Shown in pieces: positions 19,578 to 29,484 of a DNA stretch of 49,242 nt (the stretch's first letter is position 1; each line of letters begins with the position of its first letter). Under the pieces are notes generated by a model. That model was not told the DNA's origin. It did no database searches and saw only the letters and a list, made by a program, of their open reading frames with translations. The stretch lies in the IMG/VR virus record IMGVR_UViG_2690316195_000003; one strand, given 5' to 3'. Source of the stretch: a virus. Lineage: Duplodnaviria > Heunggongvirae > Uroviricota > Caudoviricetes. The position numbers were made by a program, and so were the translations under genes.

Positions 19578-20195
19578 TTAAATTAAAAACAGGCCGCACG
19601 GTTTGCCGATTTCCCAGACAACGTTACCGCCATCCTCTTTTTTCACCGTCAGGTTTCCGTCAACTGAAACCATCAGCAGCTTAATATCCACTTTCGGATT
19701 AGCGCCGGGTGATCCCGAATAAACATCAACCATGTTTTTCGTCAGATCCCACACAAAACCACTGGCAGCAACGGTGTTATTTCCATCAGCCAGCGCAACA
19801 ACTTCTGCACTGACAGGGAGAGGAATGCGGGCACCTGAGCCAACGCGGTAATAGTGAACAAAGCCACCCGCGAGATATAACGGCACCGGATTATCCGGCG
19901 TGGTAATGCCATGAAATGCCTGATTAAAGACAGTAAAGGCGTTACAGGCGTCATTCGTGGCTTGTTTAATTACCGCGCCGTTAACGCTGTCTTTCGCGGG
20001 AGCAATGCACTCCATAACTCCAACGCCACCCCATACCGGTTCAGTGATTTTGCTGTCCAGTCGACCGGAGCAAAGTTGCAGACGAATTGCCGGATCATCC
20101 TGCGCATCCCCCTGCATCAGCCCACGGGATTCGACGTTAAAAAGGCCACCAAATGCTCCACGGTTTTTAAACGGATGAAAGTTAATATCAGCCAT
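19578..20195 (-). CDS. head structural / decoration protein (putative)
   Basis: 205-aa ORF between the scaffold and capsid genes. Confidence 0.35.
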   Translation of the reverse strand: MADINFHPFKNRGAFGGLFNVESRGLMQGDAQDDPAIRLQLCSGRLDSKITEPVWGGVGVMECIAPAKDSVNGAVIKQATNDACNAFTVFNQAFHGITTPDNPVPLYLAGGFVHYYRVGSGARIPLPVSAEVVALADGNNTVAASGFVWDLTKNMVDVYSGSPGANPKVDIKLLMVSVDGNLTVKKEDGGNVVWEIGKPCGLFLI

Positions 20196-21510
20196 TGTTC
20201 AGGCTCCCTTGAGTGTTAATTTTTGCCAGACGACGCCCCGGAATTTTGAAAGCACTCAGCCAGACGTTCGGATCGCCCTGATATTCAGTAATGCGACGTC
20301 CGGCTTCATCGTTGCGGATACGTTTATGCAGTTGCCCCTGCGTACTCATCATTTCTTTTTCGATGGACTGACGGGCGGCACTGAAAATTGCGTCCTCAAG
20401 CACAGCCAGCGTTGCAGAATCCGCAATCGCGCGAATATTGACGTCCTTATGTGCCGGAGAGTGTTTCTGCATAGCGATTAGCGCACGCTTGCGGTAGTCC
20501 AGCGCATTTTCACCAGAAAACGGTGCTGGCGCGTTTTTACCGCAGGCACTGAATGCGGAGTCGGCTTTTGCCTGTGCTTCTGCCAGGGCTGAGTCATTGC
20601 GTTCTTTTTCTGCCTCCTCGGCAGCCTTACGCTGTTCTTCCGCTTCGGAATCAGCCTTTGCTTTCTCCTCAGCGTCTTTAGCTGCCGCCTCGTCAGCTTT
20701 GGCTTTTTCTTCCGCCTCCTTTGCCGCAGCTTCATCAGCTTTACGTTGTTCCTCTGCGGCTTCATCGGCTTTGGCCTTTTCTTCGGCCTCTTTTTTCGCC
20801 TGTTCTTCGGCATCCGCCCGCGCTTTGTCCCGCTGCTCCAGTGAGTCCATGCGCGTAACGACACCATCGATTTTCTGATTAATGCCTTGCAGGGCATCGC
20901 TCACAACCCCCTGTAACAGGGCCTGGAGTTCTTCTTTTTCCATCTCGATTTCACCTGTGTTTGTCACTTCAACCCCTGCGGGGATCCGGTCTTTATCCCA
21001 CACACCCAGCGAGCCGTGGGCTTTCGTCACCAGGGCGATGTGATCAACCAGGAAAGGAACGCCCTCGATTAAAAAATTGGTGTCACCTTCCTGTACTTCC
21101 ACATTTCCTGATGTGCTGTTGAACACCACCGACGGACTTGTCGAAACATCCCCCTCAGTGATTTCTTCAACAATGCTCTGGAGGTAAACGCGGCACACCG
21201 CCCATACCTCATCACCCCGGATATACGGCAGCATGACGCTACCGACGATCCGCGATTTAAAATCCTCCTCCGTCAGAACTGCGTCGTCAGGATGGTTTGT
21301 GATAACCGGAAGGCCATTGCATCGCCTTAAAAACTCCTCGTTCAGATAGAGCTTTGGATCACGCCAGACGTGCTCTTTCAGCCCGGCGCGATAGGCAAGC
21401 CCGGTTCCGGTTATGCGCAAATTCACCAACCACATGTTGGAGAATTTCACCGGAGACGGTACGGTTCCGTCCCTGATGCGTTCTGCCACTTCAAGCTCGG
21501 TTAAACTCAC
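20188..21510 (-). CDS. head scaffolding / maturation protein with central Ala-Glu-Lys coiled-coil repeats
   Basis: Central region AEEQAKKEAEEKAKADEAAEEQRKADEAAAKEAEEKAKADEAAAKDAEEKAKADSEAEEQRK; follows the portal and morphogenesis genes. Confidence 0.5.
   Translation of the reverse strand: MSLTELEVAERIRDGTVPSPVKFSNMWLVNLRITGTGLAYRAGLKEHVWRDPKLYLNEEFLRRCNGLPVITNHPDDAVLTEEDFKSRIVGSVMLPYIRGDEVWAVCRVYLQSIVEEITEGDVSTSPSVVFNSTSGNVEVQEGDTNFLIEGVPFLVDHIALVTKAHGSLGVWDKDRIPAGVEVTNTGEIEMEKEELQALLQGVVSDALQGINQKIDGVVTRMDSLEQRDKARADAEEQAKKEAEEKAKADEAAEEQRKADEAAAKEAEEKAKADEAAAKDAEEKAKADSEAEEQRKAAEEAEKERNDSALAEAQAKADSAFSACGKNAPAPFSGENALDYRKRALIAMQKHSPAHKDVNIRAIADSATLAVLEDAIFSAARQSIEKEMMSTQGQLHKRIRNDEAGRRITEYQGDPNVWLSAFKIPGRRLAKINTQGSLNNG
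20600..20830. repeat. imperfect tandem repeats encoding the EEKAKADEAA coiled-coil
   Basis: Repeating gcttcatcagctttg/gcctttgcttcggcctc units visible in the DNA. Confidence 0.5.
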
Positions 21511-22324
21511 GTTTGCCCTTCTCCGTTAAAAATTCGTCGGGTAGTTTCTGAGGGGCGTAGATCGGCAGAGCATCGCAACTGCAATAAACCTCCTCCCCGG
21601 CAGCAGTGATTTCGTCATAAAAACCATATACGGGCTTAATAAGCCCCTGCTCCAGCGCCCACGAATCGCGGAGGAGATAAATTTTCTCGTCGCGCTCTTT
21701 GTGGTCCTGTCGGTATTTGTAGCCCGGACGCCGCCAGTTAGAATGCCAGCGCAGAGCAATCGCACCACTCTGAACAGCCAGCAGATACTTAACGTTGCTC
21801 GCCAGCTTATGTCCCTGGTCAATTGCCACCCGGCGACTGATAAAATCCATATCCTTCACGGACTTCTGAAAACCGGACTTCACTTCCCGGCGATCAATTT
21901 CGCTCACCCCGTCAGGCGGAATGGACGTAACCCATCCCTGAAAACGCTGTATGGTTTTCTCGATAGCCTGTTCGCGGTTGAGTTTTATCAGGTTGGCACT
22001 GGCGAAAATTCGCCTGTCTAGTTCCTTGCGAAACTCAGGTTTCAGTTTTTCAACAGTGATTTTTTTAGGGCCGTCAGGAGGCTGATCCCGTAATGCCCCG
22101 CCGTCGATGACAAGACGGCTGTAGATAGCGGTGAGGTGTTTTCTGGCTACGGTATCATCAGGGGTTTCTCGCTGAGCGGCTACACGGAGTTTCCGGCACC
22201 ATTCGAGCAATGATTTTTCGCTATCCCACCCGTGATTTACGTAGTAGTTAACGGCATCCGTCAGAACCTCATATAGCGTCCTGATCCGTTTCTTCTTCCT
22301 CACCGCCCGGCTGGAAATTGCCAT
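21491..22324 (-). CDS. head morphogenesis protein (minor head protein, Mu F-like position)
   Basis: ORF downstream of the portal gene; start placed at the internal ATG (MAISSRAV...) to reduce overlap with portal; start uncertain. Confidence 0.4.
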   Translation of the reverse strand: MAISSRAVRKKKRIRTLYEVLTDAVNYYVNHGWDSEKSLLEWCRKLRVAAQRETPDDTVARKHLTAIYSRLVIDGGALRDQPPDGPKKITVEKLKPEFRKELDRRIFASANLIKLNREQAIEKTIQRFQGWVTSIPPDGVSEIDRREVKSGFQKSVKDMDFISRRVAIDQGHKLASNVKYLLAVQSGAIALRWHSNWRRPGYKYRQDHKERDEKIYLLRDSWALEQGLIKPVYGFYDEITAAGEEVYCSCDALPIYAPQKLPDEFLTEKGKREFNRA

Positions 22325-23708
22325 CAGGCGTCTCCTGCTTCGGTGGTTCATAATTCGCCAGCGCGTCCACATCAATGATGAGTGGAGCTTCGCCATAGGT
22401 TTGCGTGGCATTAACAAGGCTTGCCAGCCATTCAGTGACGGCGGCACGGTTTTCAGGATCAACCTGTGGCGACACGGCAGAGAAAAGTGCTATCGCCTGT
22501 TGAATCACTTTACTGTCGCTTTCCCGGCGTTTGTCCGGCGACTCCTCCACCAGCTCCTGCCATGTCGCGGTAAATTCACGTCGCCACTGGTAAAACGTGG
22601 TTTTATAGTCATCAGTTATGATGTCCGGGTAATCATTTTTCAGCGACTGATAAAATTCCTCGTTCCAGGCGATGTACTGCACCAGGCGTTCGAAATAATC
22701 CATCACGGGTTCAATCTGCTGGCGTACACCATCGATATACTGGCTGATGGCTTTCGAATCTTCGGTCCCCTCACCGAAACCATTCGAAAAGGCTTCCTCT
22801 TTGATGAGGATCGCCGGAACGTCACTCCCTGACGCAATATCGGAAATAATATTGTCGCGTGCAGCGTTTAGCGCACCATCGATGTTTTGTAGATTTAGCG
22901 AGGTAACGTCCTCATCCTTCCCGATACTAAGCACACCTTTATTTTTTGCCTCTTTGACGTTTTCCCTTTTTCGTCCCGTGGCGGCAGCCATGATCCCGTC
23001 AAGTTTCGAACCGTACTGCACAACTTTAGCTACCAGTACGCCCGCCTTCTGGCTGACGAGATCATTCGCCTCCATCGTGTTGATATAGGATTTCAGGGAA
23101 TAAAGAACGCGCTGAAACACACTACGTCCGGTGAATCCGAACGATGAACTCTGAAACTCCAGATAAATCGGTGTGCCGTTGAAGATTTTCAGTGTGCGTG
23201 ACGGATGCCAGTCTTTCCCACCAATCTTCAGTTTTTTATTGGCTTCCTGGAAAAACGGGCTGTTGGGGTTCTGGTCAGTCACCATCGAACCGGAAGCGTT
23301 CAACGGGTCCCACGCGTTGATATACACGTCATCTTCTGTCAGTCCGAACGTCGGAAGCGGTTCACGACATGGAACGCTGTCGGTGCCCACGCCGATCGCT
23401 GCAGCACCGTAGCAACGAGACAGAAAAAACAGATTTTTAATCTTCTCGTTGACCTTCATGCGTTCCCATACCTCCTGAAAACGCCTCACAACCCTCTCGT
23501 CAGGGTCTGTCTCCACGTTATACTGGCGCGGCTTACACATCGCCATCAGTATGGGTTTTTCGACAAGTTTTCCGCCCAGAGGATGGAATTGCCACAGCTG
23601 CTTACACAATTCATAGCCAATGTCGGTTCCCGGCTGAATTTCTTCAGCCTCAAGAATATGCATCAGTGCTGAACCGAGGCCGCCAGTAATCTCGATCTCT
23701 GCCATCAA
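22269..23708 (-). CDS. portal protein
   Basis: 479-aa ORF immediately downstream of the terminase large subunit; acidic C-terminus. Confidence 0.6.
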   Translation of the reverse strand: MMAEIEITGGLGSALMHILEAEEIQPGTDIGYELCKQLWQFHPLGGKLVEKPILMAMCKPRQYNVETDPDERVVRRFQEVWERMKVNEKIKNLFFLSRCYGAAAIGVGTDSVPCREPLPTFGLTEDDVYINAWDPLNASGSMVTDQNPNSPFFQEANKKLKIGGKDWHPSRTLKIFNGTPIYLEFQSSSFGFTGRSVFQRVLYSLKSYINTMEANDLVSQKAGVLVAKVVQYGSKLDGIMAAATGRKRENVKEAKNKGVLSIGKDEDVTSLNLQNIDGALNAARDNIISDIASGSDVPAILIKEEAFSNGFGEGTEDSKAISQYIDGVRQQIEPVMDYFERLVQYIAWNEEFYQSLKNDYPDIITDDYKTTFYQWRREFTATWQELVEESPDKRRESDSKVIQQAIALFSAVSPQVDPENRAAVTEWLASLVNATQTYGEAPLIIDVDALANYEPPKQETPDGNFQPGGEEEETDQDAI

Positions 23709-23723
23709 AAATATCCTGATTTT

Positions 23724-25052
23724 TTACAACGCCGCGTAATTACCGTGCGCGATAATCAATCCATAGGTATAACAATCGAAAAGGTCATCAGCACGTTTAT
23801 GCGCGTCTTTGTCTGCCAGGTGGAACCCGGCGATTTGTTTAATGAGGTGGTTTGCGGTGGTACGTTTGAATGAAACGGTCTTGTCGTAAGCCTCCCGGAC
23901 GATTTTGCACATCCCCTGATAGTGGTAGCTGGATGCCATCACCGCCCGTTCTTCTTTACCTTTGCTGGTTAGTGCCGATTTAATCGGCGTCATATCCCAG
24001 CCTTCGGTTTCCGCCTTCTGGTTGAGGATTGCCCCCATCGCGGCGTCTTCCATAAAAATTCCCTGGCAGCCCAGACGCGGACGGCATAATTTCGCGAGGC
24101 GCTCGAGGTTTTCATAAACGCCGGGGATATATTCAGGAAGCAATGACGCTTTAATTTGCGTCACATCCCAGTCAATAATCGTCAGTTTTGGCTCGTCCGA
24201 ATACGTTGACTCATAAGCGAAATACAACACGCCAGTACCATCATTTTCGGTCCCGCCTTTCAGCGCCGTATCCATCACTGCGAAAATCATGTCGCAGTAC
24301 GGCGGCATCTCAATCGGCTGACCGTCCACCAGCAGCTTATCGACATCGAGTAACGCGTCTTTGGACCAGTCCACGAACTCGGCAAGATATTCCTGCTGCC
24401 AGACACGCGGATCGGATTTCTTCTCCGTTTCCTCCAGTTCTTCTTTCGGAATATACGGATTCGATGAAGTTGGCGCATGGTGCATGACAAATCCCAGGGA
24501 TTCATCGTGGCATATCGCGTAGAAAAAATTGCTCTCGTCGATACCGTTTGGTGTGGAAAATACCCACGCACAGCCACGGTAATCAACAAGCGTCGGGCGT
24601 ATAGCGCGGGGCCAGATTTCCTCGAGCATTTCCGGCGATTTAGTGAATGCGGCCTCATCAATCAGCACAGCGTGATATTTACGCCCACGCCCGGCCAGTT
24701 TGTTATTGTCCGTTACCCAAAAGTCGATGCGCCCCCCATTACGGAGAATAATGCGCTTTTCATTTTTTGACTGGCTGAGGATCAGCGGTTGCAGAACGGC
24801 GCTAATTTCATCCCAGATTTCCTGGTACTGGCGGTATTGTGCGGTAAAAATCCCCACCCTACCCGCGATAAGTTGCCCGGTGGTAGGAACGGCAAATTTC
24901 CGCGTAGCGAAACTGGTAGCGATGTTTACCAGCATCACCGTTTTACCCCAGCGACGACCACAGCATACCGCGTGGAAGCGTTCCTCTATTGCCGCCGTCC
25001 ATGCAGCTATTTGCCCCTCATGAGGTTTTGGGAGGTAGATTTCAATCGACAT
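23724..25052 (-). CDS. terminase large subunit
   Basis: Walker A-like CCGRRWGKT near the N-terminus, a Walker B-like HAVLIDEAAF stretch, and a C-terminal nuclease-like region; 442 aa. Confidence 0.8.
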   Translation of the reverse strand: MSIEIYLPKPHEGQIAAWTAAIEERFHAVCCGRRWGKTVMLVNIATSFATRKFAVPTTGQLIAGRVGIFTAQYRQYQEIWDEISAVLQPLILSQSKNEKRIILRNGGRIDFWVTDNNKLAGRGRKYHAVLIDEAAFTKSPEMLEEIWPRAIRPTLVDYRGCAWVFSTPNGIDESNFFYAICHDESLGFVMHHAPTSSNPYIPKEELEETEKKSDPRVWQQEYLAEFVDWSKDALLDVDKLLVDGQPIEMPPYCDMIFAVMDTALKGGTENDGTGVLYFAYESTYSDEPKLTIIDWDVTQIKASLLPEYIPGVYENLERLAKLCRPRLGCQGIFMEDAAMGAILNQKAETEGWDMTPIKSALTSKGKEERAVMASSYHYQGMCKIVREAYDKTVSFKRTTANHLIKQIAGFHLADKDAHKRADDLFDCYTYGLIIAHGNYAAL

Positions 25053-26133
25053 TATCCACTCCCGGCATCGGCAGAGAGTTGTGGATAATTATTTCGTTAT
25101 TCTCACCACCCACGCCTTTTTTGAGGTTTTCAATCTCAGTGCGCAGCTTTTCGTTGCGAAGCCTCAGTCCTTCAAGCTCCAGATCATTGCGACTGTCAGT
25201 TGCACCACCAGCAGAACTTCCTTTCGTCGCCATTATCAGCTTGATAAGTTCGCGCCGGGCGGCAGCCTTATCCTCCAGCAGGATCTCAACACCAAATTTC
25301 CCGAGCTTTGCCCCTGCATATAATTGTCGCGCATCCCCATCAAGCAGAGTGGTATCAGCCATATAAAGCTGTCCCGTTCCCTCACCGCAGCACTTCGGAC
25401 AATCCGGATTGGGTATGGCGTTATCAACAAAGCCGAGGCCTCCATATTCCGGCTCGGGTTTGCCATCTCTGGAGGCCTGTGCCGCTGCCTTATCGAATTC
25501 TGCAATATCACGCCACTGGTAGAGATGATTCTCGCCCCAGCAATAACGGCAGTTAACACGGCGAAATTGTGCCAACTGATTGGGGTCGGCCTGGACAATA
25601 GCCATCAACTGACTCACCAGTAAATCCAGGTCTGCGGTATAGCGTTTCTGATACTGATTGCGGAAGTAGCTGATAGCACGATAAACCCTGGCATTTCTAA
25701 GCATACGGCTGGCGTTGCTGTTAGCTGTCGCACCTTGCCCCTCATAACCAGCCAGTCGGTATGCCTCTGTCGGCTTTTTCCCCTGAGCAACAAGCATCGC
25801 AAACTTAGCCTGCTGGTCAGAAATGCCGAATTCATCGGGGCAGAACGAAAATTCCTCCGCGTCGCCCTCATTCAGGCACGCATCGGATACTGGCTTTTTT
25901 TTCTGAGATTTTCCGTTCCGCTTTTGCGCAGTCTGCGCAGATTTTTTCTGCGCACTTTGTTGCGCAGTTTTGCGCATTTCTGTCTGCGCATTTTTCGGAG
26001 GTTTTTTGATGTAACGACGGGCTGTTGCGTAATTCAGTCCCCTTGCCTCACACCATGCCACCGGAGATACACCGGAGCGGGTGTATTCAGCAATATATTC
26101 CTGCTGCAACGCCCCCCAGTCCGGTCTGCTCAT
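25042..26133 (-). CDS. terminase small subunit (HTH N-terminus, Cys-rich C-terminal region)
   Basis: N-terminal ...YIAEYTRSGVSPVAWCEARGLNYATARRYIKK helix-turn-helix-like; directly upstream of and overlapping the terminase large subunit. Confidence 0.55.
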   Translation of the reverse strand: MSRPDWGALQQEYIAEYTRSGVSPVAWCEARGLNYATARRYIKKPPKNAQTEMRKTAQQSAQKKSAQTAQKRNGKSQKKKPVSDACLNEGDAEEFSFCPDEFGISDQQAKFAMLVAQGKKPTEAYRLAGYEGQGATANSNASRMLRNARVYRAISYFRNQYQKRYTADLDLLVSQLMAIVQADPNQLAQFRRVNCRYCWGENHLYQWRDIAEFDKAAAQASRDGKPEPEYGGLGFVDNAIPNPDCPKCCGEGTGQLYMADTTLLDGDARQLYAGAKLGKFGVEILLEDKAAARRELIKLIMATKGSSAGGATDSRNDLELEGLRLRNEKLRTEIENLKKGVGGENNEIIIHNSLPMPGVDNVD

Positions 26134-26136
26134 TAG

Positions 26137-26388
26137 TTAGTCCTGATTTTTATCCACCCTGAGTAGTTCACGCAGGGCAAAGGCATCCCCTTTTCTGGCA
26201 AGCTTAAACAATGCCGCCCGTAGTTCGGCTTCACCTTTCGCTCTGCCCTTACGGATGGATGCGTAAAAATCTGTCATTGCTTCCCGATTTTCTTTCAGTC
26301 GGTTCAGATCAACATCCAGAACGTCAGCGATTTGTTGTGCAGTCATCCGGCACGCTGCCAGAGACTCGACTTTCGAATACGGAATCAT
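26137..26388 (-). CDS. hypothetical small protein
   Basis: 83-aa ORF, stop 4 bp from the terminase small subunit start. Confidence 0.3.
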   Translation of the reverse strand: MIPYSKVESLAACRMTAQQIADVLDVDLNRLKENREAMTDFYASIRKGRAKGEAELRAALFKLARKGDAFALRELLRVDKNQD

Positions 26389-27274
26389 TTGTCACCCCCA
26401 TTGATATGCAGGGTGTCTTCTTCCTGTATTTTTCGTGAAGGATTTTTACTGCAGCGTTGTTCCAAGTGACCTGATGGTGAATGCGTTTATGGCTGGCCCC
26501 CATCAGTGAGATTTTTACGCACGAGGGCGCATACATGACGGAGTAAAAACTTTTAACGTAGGTTCCGGAATCCAGATACAGCTCGGTCATTCCGCCGCTG
26601 TTTTTCTGCGTCTGTTTCTGCCCTAACTGGACAGCACCGATCGTCATAAACAATTCACCACAGCGACCGAGATTCGTGTACGTATTCACATCCTCGTTAA
26701 TGCGCCCCATGAATGAGAACGGTCGATCAACCGAACAGATAAAGCTGTTCATTGCCTTGCGTTTCACCCACGAAGCATGGCCGCCATTGTCACCAAGAAA
26801 ATCCCCGCCCTGCGACATAGCGATGGAAAGCGCAGGTATTGATTCGTAGTACGCCAGCATTTCAGAAAGGATCGCATCCAGTTTTCTTATCGGGAAATAG
26901 GCCTGGTCATAGTTGCGATCCACCCGAAACTGGAACTCGTGATAATCATCATCGAGCTGAATGAAGTATTTACACCCGACCAGTTTTGCCAGGTCGAAAC
27001 AGGCATTACGGGCGTAAAAAATTGAGCGGCGATCACCGAAATTATCGGCTTCGTCAAAACGACTGGCTATATCGGCTTTGGAAAACACCAGCACCTGTTC
27101 ACCAAATTCAACTATGTACTGATGCCGTGTCTTATCTTCATCATCAACAACGATAAAAATTTTCCCGGTATAGCCAGCACGACGCAACGTCCGGTAAGTC
27201 AGAACTTTGTCCGGTCGCCCGTGAGTCAGAATAAAGGCGCAAAAATCATCACGCATATTCCTCCTCCCCGCCAT
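26324..27274 (-). CDS. hypothetical protein, possible GT-A-like transferase (DxD motif)
   Basis: IFIVVDDEDK and KYFIQLDDDYHEF motifs resemble the nucleotide-binding and DxD motifs of GT-A fold transferases; assignment tentative. Confidence 0.35.
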   Translation of the reverse strand: MAGRRNMRDDFCAFILTHGRPDKVLTYRTLRRAGYTGKIFIVVDDEDKTRHQYIVEFGEQVLVFSKADIASRFDEADNFGDRRSIFYARNACFDLAKLVGCKYFIQLDDDYHEFQFRVDRNYDQAYFPIRKLDAILSEMLAYYESIPALSIAMSQGGDFLGDNGGHASWVKRKAMNSFICSVDRPFSFMGRINEDVNTYTNLGRCGELFMTIGAVQLGQKQTQKNSGGMTELYLDSGTYVKSFYSVMYAPSCVKISLMGASHKRIHHQVTWNNAAVKILHEKYRKKTPCISMGVTNDSVFESRVSGSVPDDCTTNR

Positions 27275-28037
27275 GCATGATCTCCACCATGTGCTGCGTC
27301 ATCCGGACAAATCCATTTTCAATAGCCTGCTGATAATCAATGATCACCAGCGCCGACTCCTCAAAAAGGCGCTGAATTTCAGCGGGGGCGTGAGCGTAAT
27401 AATCCGCAATTCTGCTGAAATTAAACACCGTGTGGCGTTCTGCCGCGCACAGGAGGAATTTTTCGATATCAGGCTCAAGGGACGCCGAACGTATCCGGCT
27501 GATCAGCTCCTGAGTTTTCGTATCGTCGTACAGTTCACTGATATCCGGTTTATCGCCCGACGGCTCATAAACAGGCGTATCAATTTTCGTCGTATACTGC
27601 TCCTCCTCATTTCCGGTACCTGGCAAAACTTCCATCAACAGTTCATCAATTTCTGTTGGGCTGAATCCTGTCAGGGAGATATCAAAATCAGCATTGATTA
27701 GCTCCGACAGTTCCACCCGTAACAGTTCTTCATCCCAGCCAGCGTTGAGCGGCAGGCGATTATCTGCCAGGCGGTACGCCTTTTTCTGATCATCCGTCAG
27801 GCCAGACAGAACAATGACCGGAACAGAATCCATTTTGAGCACCTCAGCCGCCATCACGCGACCGTGACCAGCAATAATTTCGCCCTTTTCGTCAATCAGC
27901 ACCGGATTGGTCCAGCCGAATTGCTTAATGCTTTCTACCAGTTGTGCCACCTGCTCAGGGCTGTGTGTCCTGGCGTTGTGCGCATACGGAGACAGTTTTT
28001 GCAACGGGCGATAGACGATCTTCAATTTCTCGCTCAT
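27249..28037 (-). CDS. ParB-like nuclease domain protein
   Basis: N-terminus ...LSPYAHNARTHSPEQVAQLVESIKQFGWTNPVLIDEKGEIIAGHGRVMAA matches the ParB/Srx N-terminal domain including the GxGR-type motif. Confidence 0.7.
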   Translation of the reverse strand: MSEKLKIVYRPLQKLSPYAHNARTHSPEQVAQLVESIKQFGWTNPVLIDEKGEIIAGHGRVMAAEVLKMDSVPVIVLSGLTDDQKKAYRLADNRLPLNAGWDEELLRVELSELINADFDISLTGFSPTEIDELLMEVLPGTGNEEEQYTTKIDTPVYEPSGDKPDISELYDDTKTQELISRIRSASLEPDIEKFLLCAAERHTVFNFSRIADYYAHAPAEIQRLFEESALVIIDYQQAIENGFVRMTQHMVEIMHGGEEEYA

Positions 28038-28160
28038 ACAGCCTCGCTTTATGAATAAAAAAGCCCGCTATCGGCCAGTGCGCTGGGTGCGCGGCGGGTG
28101 CTGATAACGAGCTTTGACATTATCGCAGCCCCTCACACTGAAGGGCTGCTGTAATGCCTG

Positions 28161-28460
28161 TTACTCAGTAACAACTGCGCCTTCCGGTAATTTCATACCG
28201 GCAAATACCGGACAACCAGGATGACAATCATCTTCTGTTGCTTCCAGCATTGACTCACCAAACCACTCCGTCGTGGCGCGACCATCAGCTGCTTTGTAGT
28301 GGATCAAGTACTGGTTTTCGCCATCCGCATACTGCGCGCGGGCTTTAACCTCCCCCCATTCATCACTGATGCGCATCTCCACCAGTTGAGACAACTCAAA
28401 CTTAAACGGAGCAGCATCAGCACCAATTACAATCGGTTTGTTTTTTGTTTTTTCCATCAT
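28161..28460 (-). CDS. hypothetical protein
   Basis: ORF with start placed at the internal MMEKTK; no recognised motif. Confidence 0.3.
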   Translation of the reverse strand: MMEKTKNKPIVIGADAAPFKFELSQLVEMRISDEWGEVKARAQYADGENQYLIHYKAADGRATTEWFGESMLEATEDDCHPGCPVFAGMKLPEGAVVTE

Positions 28461-28595
28461 CGTCTCCTGATATCGAAGCCCGCCGCCGCACCGGGCGCTG
28501 ATCAACATTTGAGTATTCGCAGCGAAAGAAAGAATTTATTTTATTGAGTAGCCACAAACACAGAATTTCGTGCTTTCCAGACGATGGCGCATCCT

Positions 28596-28814
28596 TCATT
28601 TTTCAGCAAAATATTCTGCTCTTACAGGCGATAAGTTCTGCAGACACTGCCGAACACCGTCAACAATTTCGCAGACCTGAGAAGCCGTATCGAAAAGCTG
28701 GCGCGCCTTATCCAGGCTAACGCATCCCACCAGGAAAAAAGGCACCAGTATCGCTACCAGTGCCCATTTCGCCGCCGTTCGCGGCATTCTGTGTGTCCAG
28801 TGTTTTCTGCTCAT
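28596..28814 (-). CDS. putative lysis-associated lipoprotein (o-spanin-like)
   Basis: Internal start gives MSRKHWTHRMPRTAAKWALVAILVPFFLVGC: signal peptide with an LVGC lipobox; located just after the endolysin gene. Confidence 0.3.
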   Translation of the reverse strand: MSRKHWTHRMPRTAAKWALVAILVPFFLVGCVSLDKARQLFDTASQVCEIVDGVRQCLQNLSPVRAEYFAEK

Positions 28815-28828
28815 AACACACCTGGTTA

Positions 28829-29212
28829 TCAGCGTTTCAACTGAAAGTGAGGCCCGTCTTTCAGTGTTTTCCAGTCCCCGCCCCATTCGATGGCAGTTCC
28901 CAGCTCTGCGGCAGCCTTCTTAAATGCCTGCGCGATTTTCTCGTACAGAGGCCAGTCCCATGACACCTGGCTGCCAACCCAGGCAACAACATCCACCGCA
29001 TCACCGGTCAGGTGGCGGCTGTTCATGGTCTGGCTTTTCCCTTCCGCGACCAGCTGTTTCTGGCGTTCTTTCGTGCGCAGCCCTTCCGTAATACCGAAAT
29101 CAACCTCCGTCAGCTCCAGCGCACGGCGAACGACAGCAACCAGCTGTGGTTTAACGCCCTCCAGATTTTTTTCACTGCGACGGCTGAATCTGAATTTACC
29201 CGACATATTCAC
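28829..29212 (-). CDS. endolysin, peptidase M15-type (L-alanyl-D-glutamate peptidase-like)
   Basis: SRHLTGDAVD and GPHF metal-ligand motifs typical of M15 cell-wall peptidases; 127 aa; follows holin genes. Confidence 0.7.
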   Translation of the reverse strand: MNMSGKFRFSRRSEKNLEGVKPQLVAVVRRALELTEVDFGITEGLRTKERQKQLVAEGKSQTMNSRHLTGDAVDVVAWVGSQVSWDWPLYEKIAQAFKKAAAELGTAIEWGGDWKTLKDGPHFQLKR

Positions 29213-29484
29213 CTCAACAATGGAAAGATTTTTGTGACGTTCCCGCGTGCGCGTATCACCAGCACGCAGAACAGCAGGTTAAAAAACACTTCCAGCCAGC
29301 CCGTTGCTAACGGGCGACCACACAGATAGCTGAGGGGCGCAAAGGCATACAGCAGCATCAGCAGCCACGCCAGCCATGACATCAGCGGTTTATGTCTGGA
29401 ATCACGGCGACGATAAAAAAAGAGCGTCAGCACGATAACCGTGCATAACGCTACATTCAGCAATCCGGGAAGGTTACTTAACAT
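29209..29484 (-). CDS. holin-like / lysis membrane protein
   Basis: 92-aa protein with hydrophobic helices; strong ribosome-binding site ggaggagg before the ATG; 4-bp overlap with the endolysin start. Confidence 0.5.
   Translation of the reverse strand: MLSNLPGLLNVALCTVIVLTLFFYRRRDSRHKPLMSWLAWLLMLLYAFAPLSYLCGRPLATGWLEVFFNLLFCVLVIRARGNVTKIFPLLR

Noticed and set aside
20478-20897. Highly basic 139-aa ORF (KKRPKKRPK...) on the minus strand
   Set aside because: Alternative reading frame of the Ala/Glu/Lys repeat region of the scaffold-like gene
3632-28037. Assignment of the whole structural module to phage P2
   Set aside because: Only the tail fiber C-terminus and the assembly protein are P2-like; the terminase, portal, capsid and baseplate gene order and sizes do not match P2
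28596-28886. Full-length 96-aa ORF as an i-spanin (Rz) with embedded o-spanin
   Set aside because: No N-terminal transmembrane segment at the full-length start; only the internal start gives a plausible signal peptide plus lipobox, so only a lipoprotein is called, at low confidence
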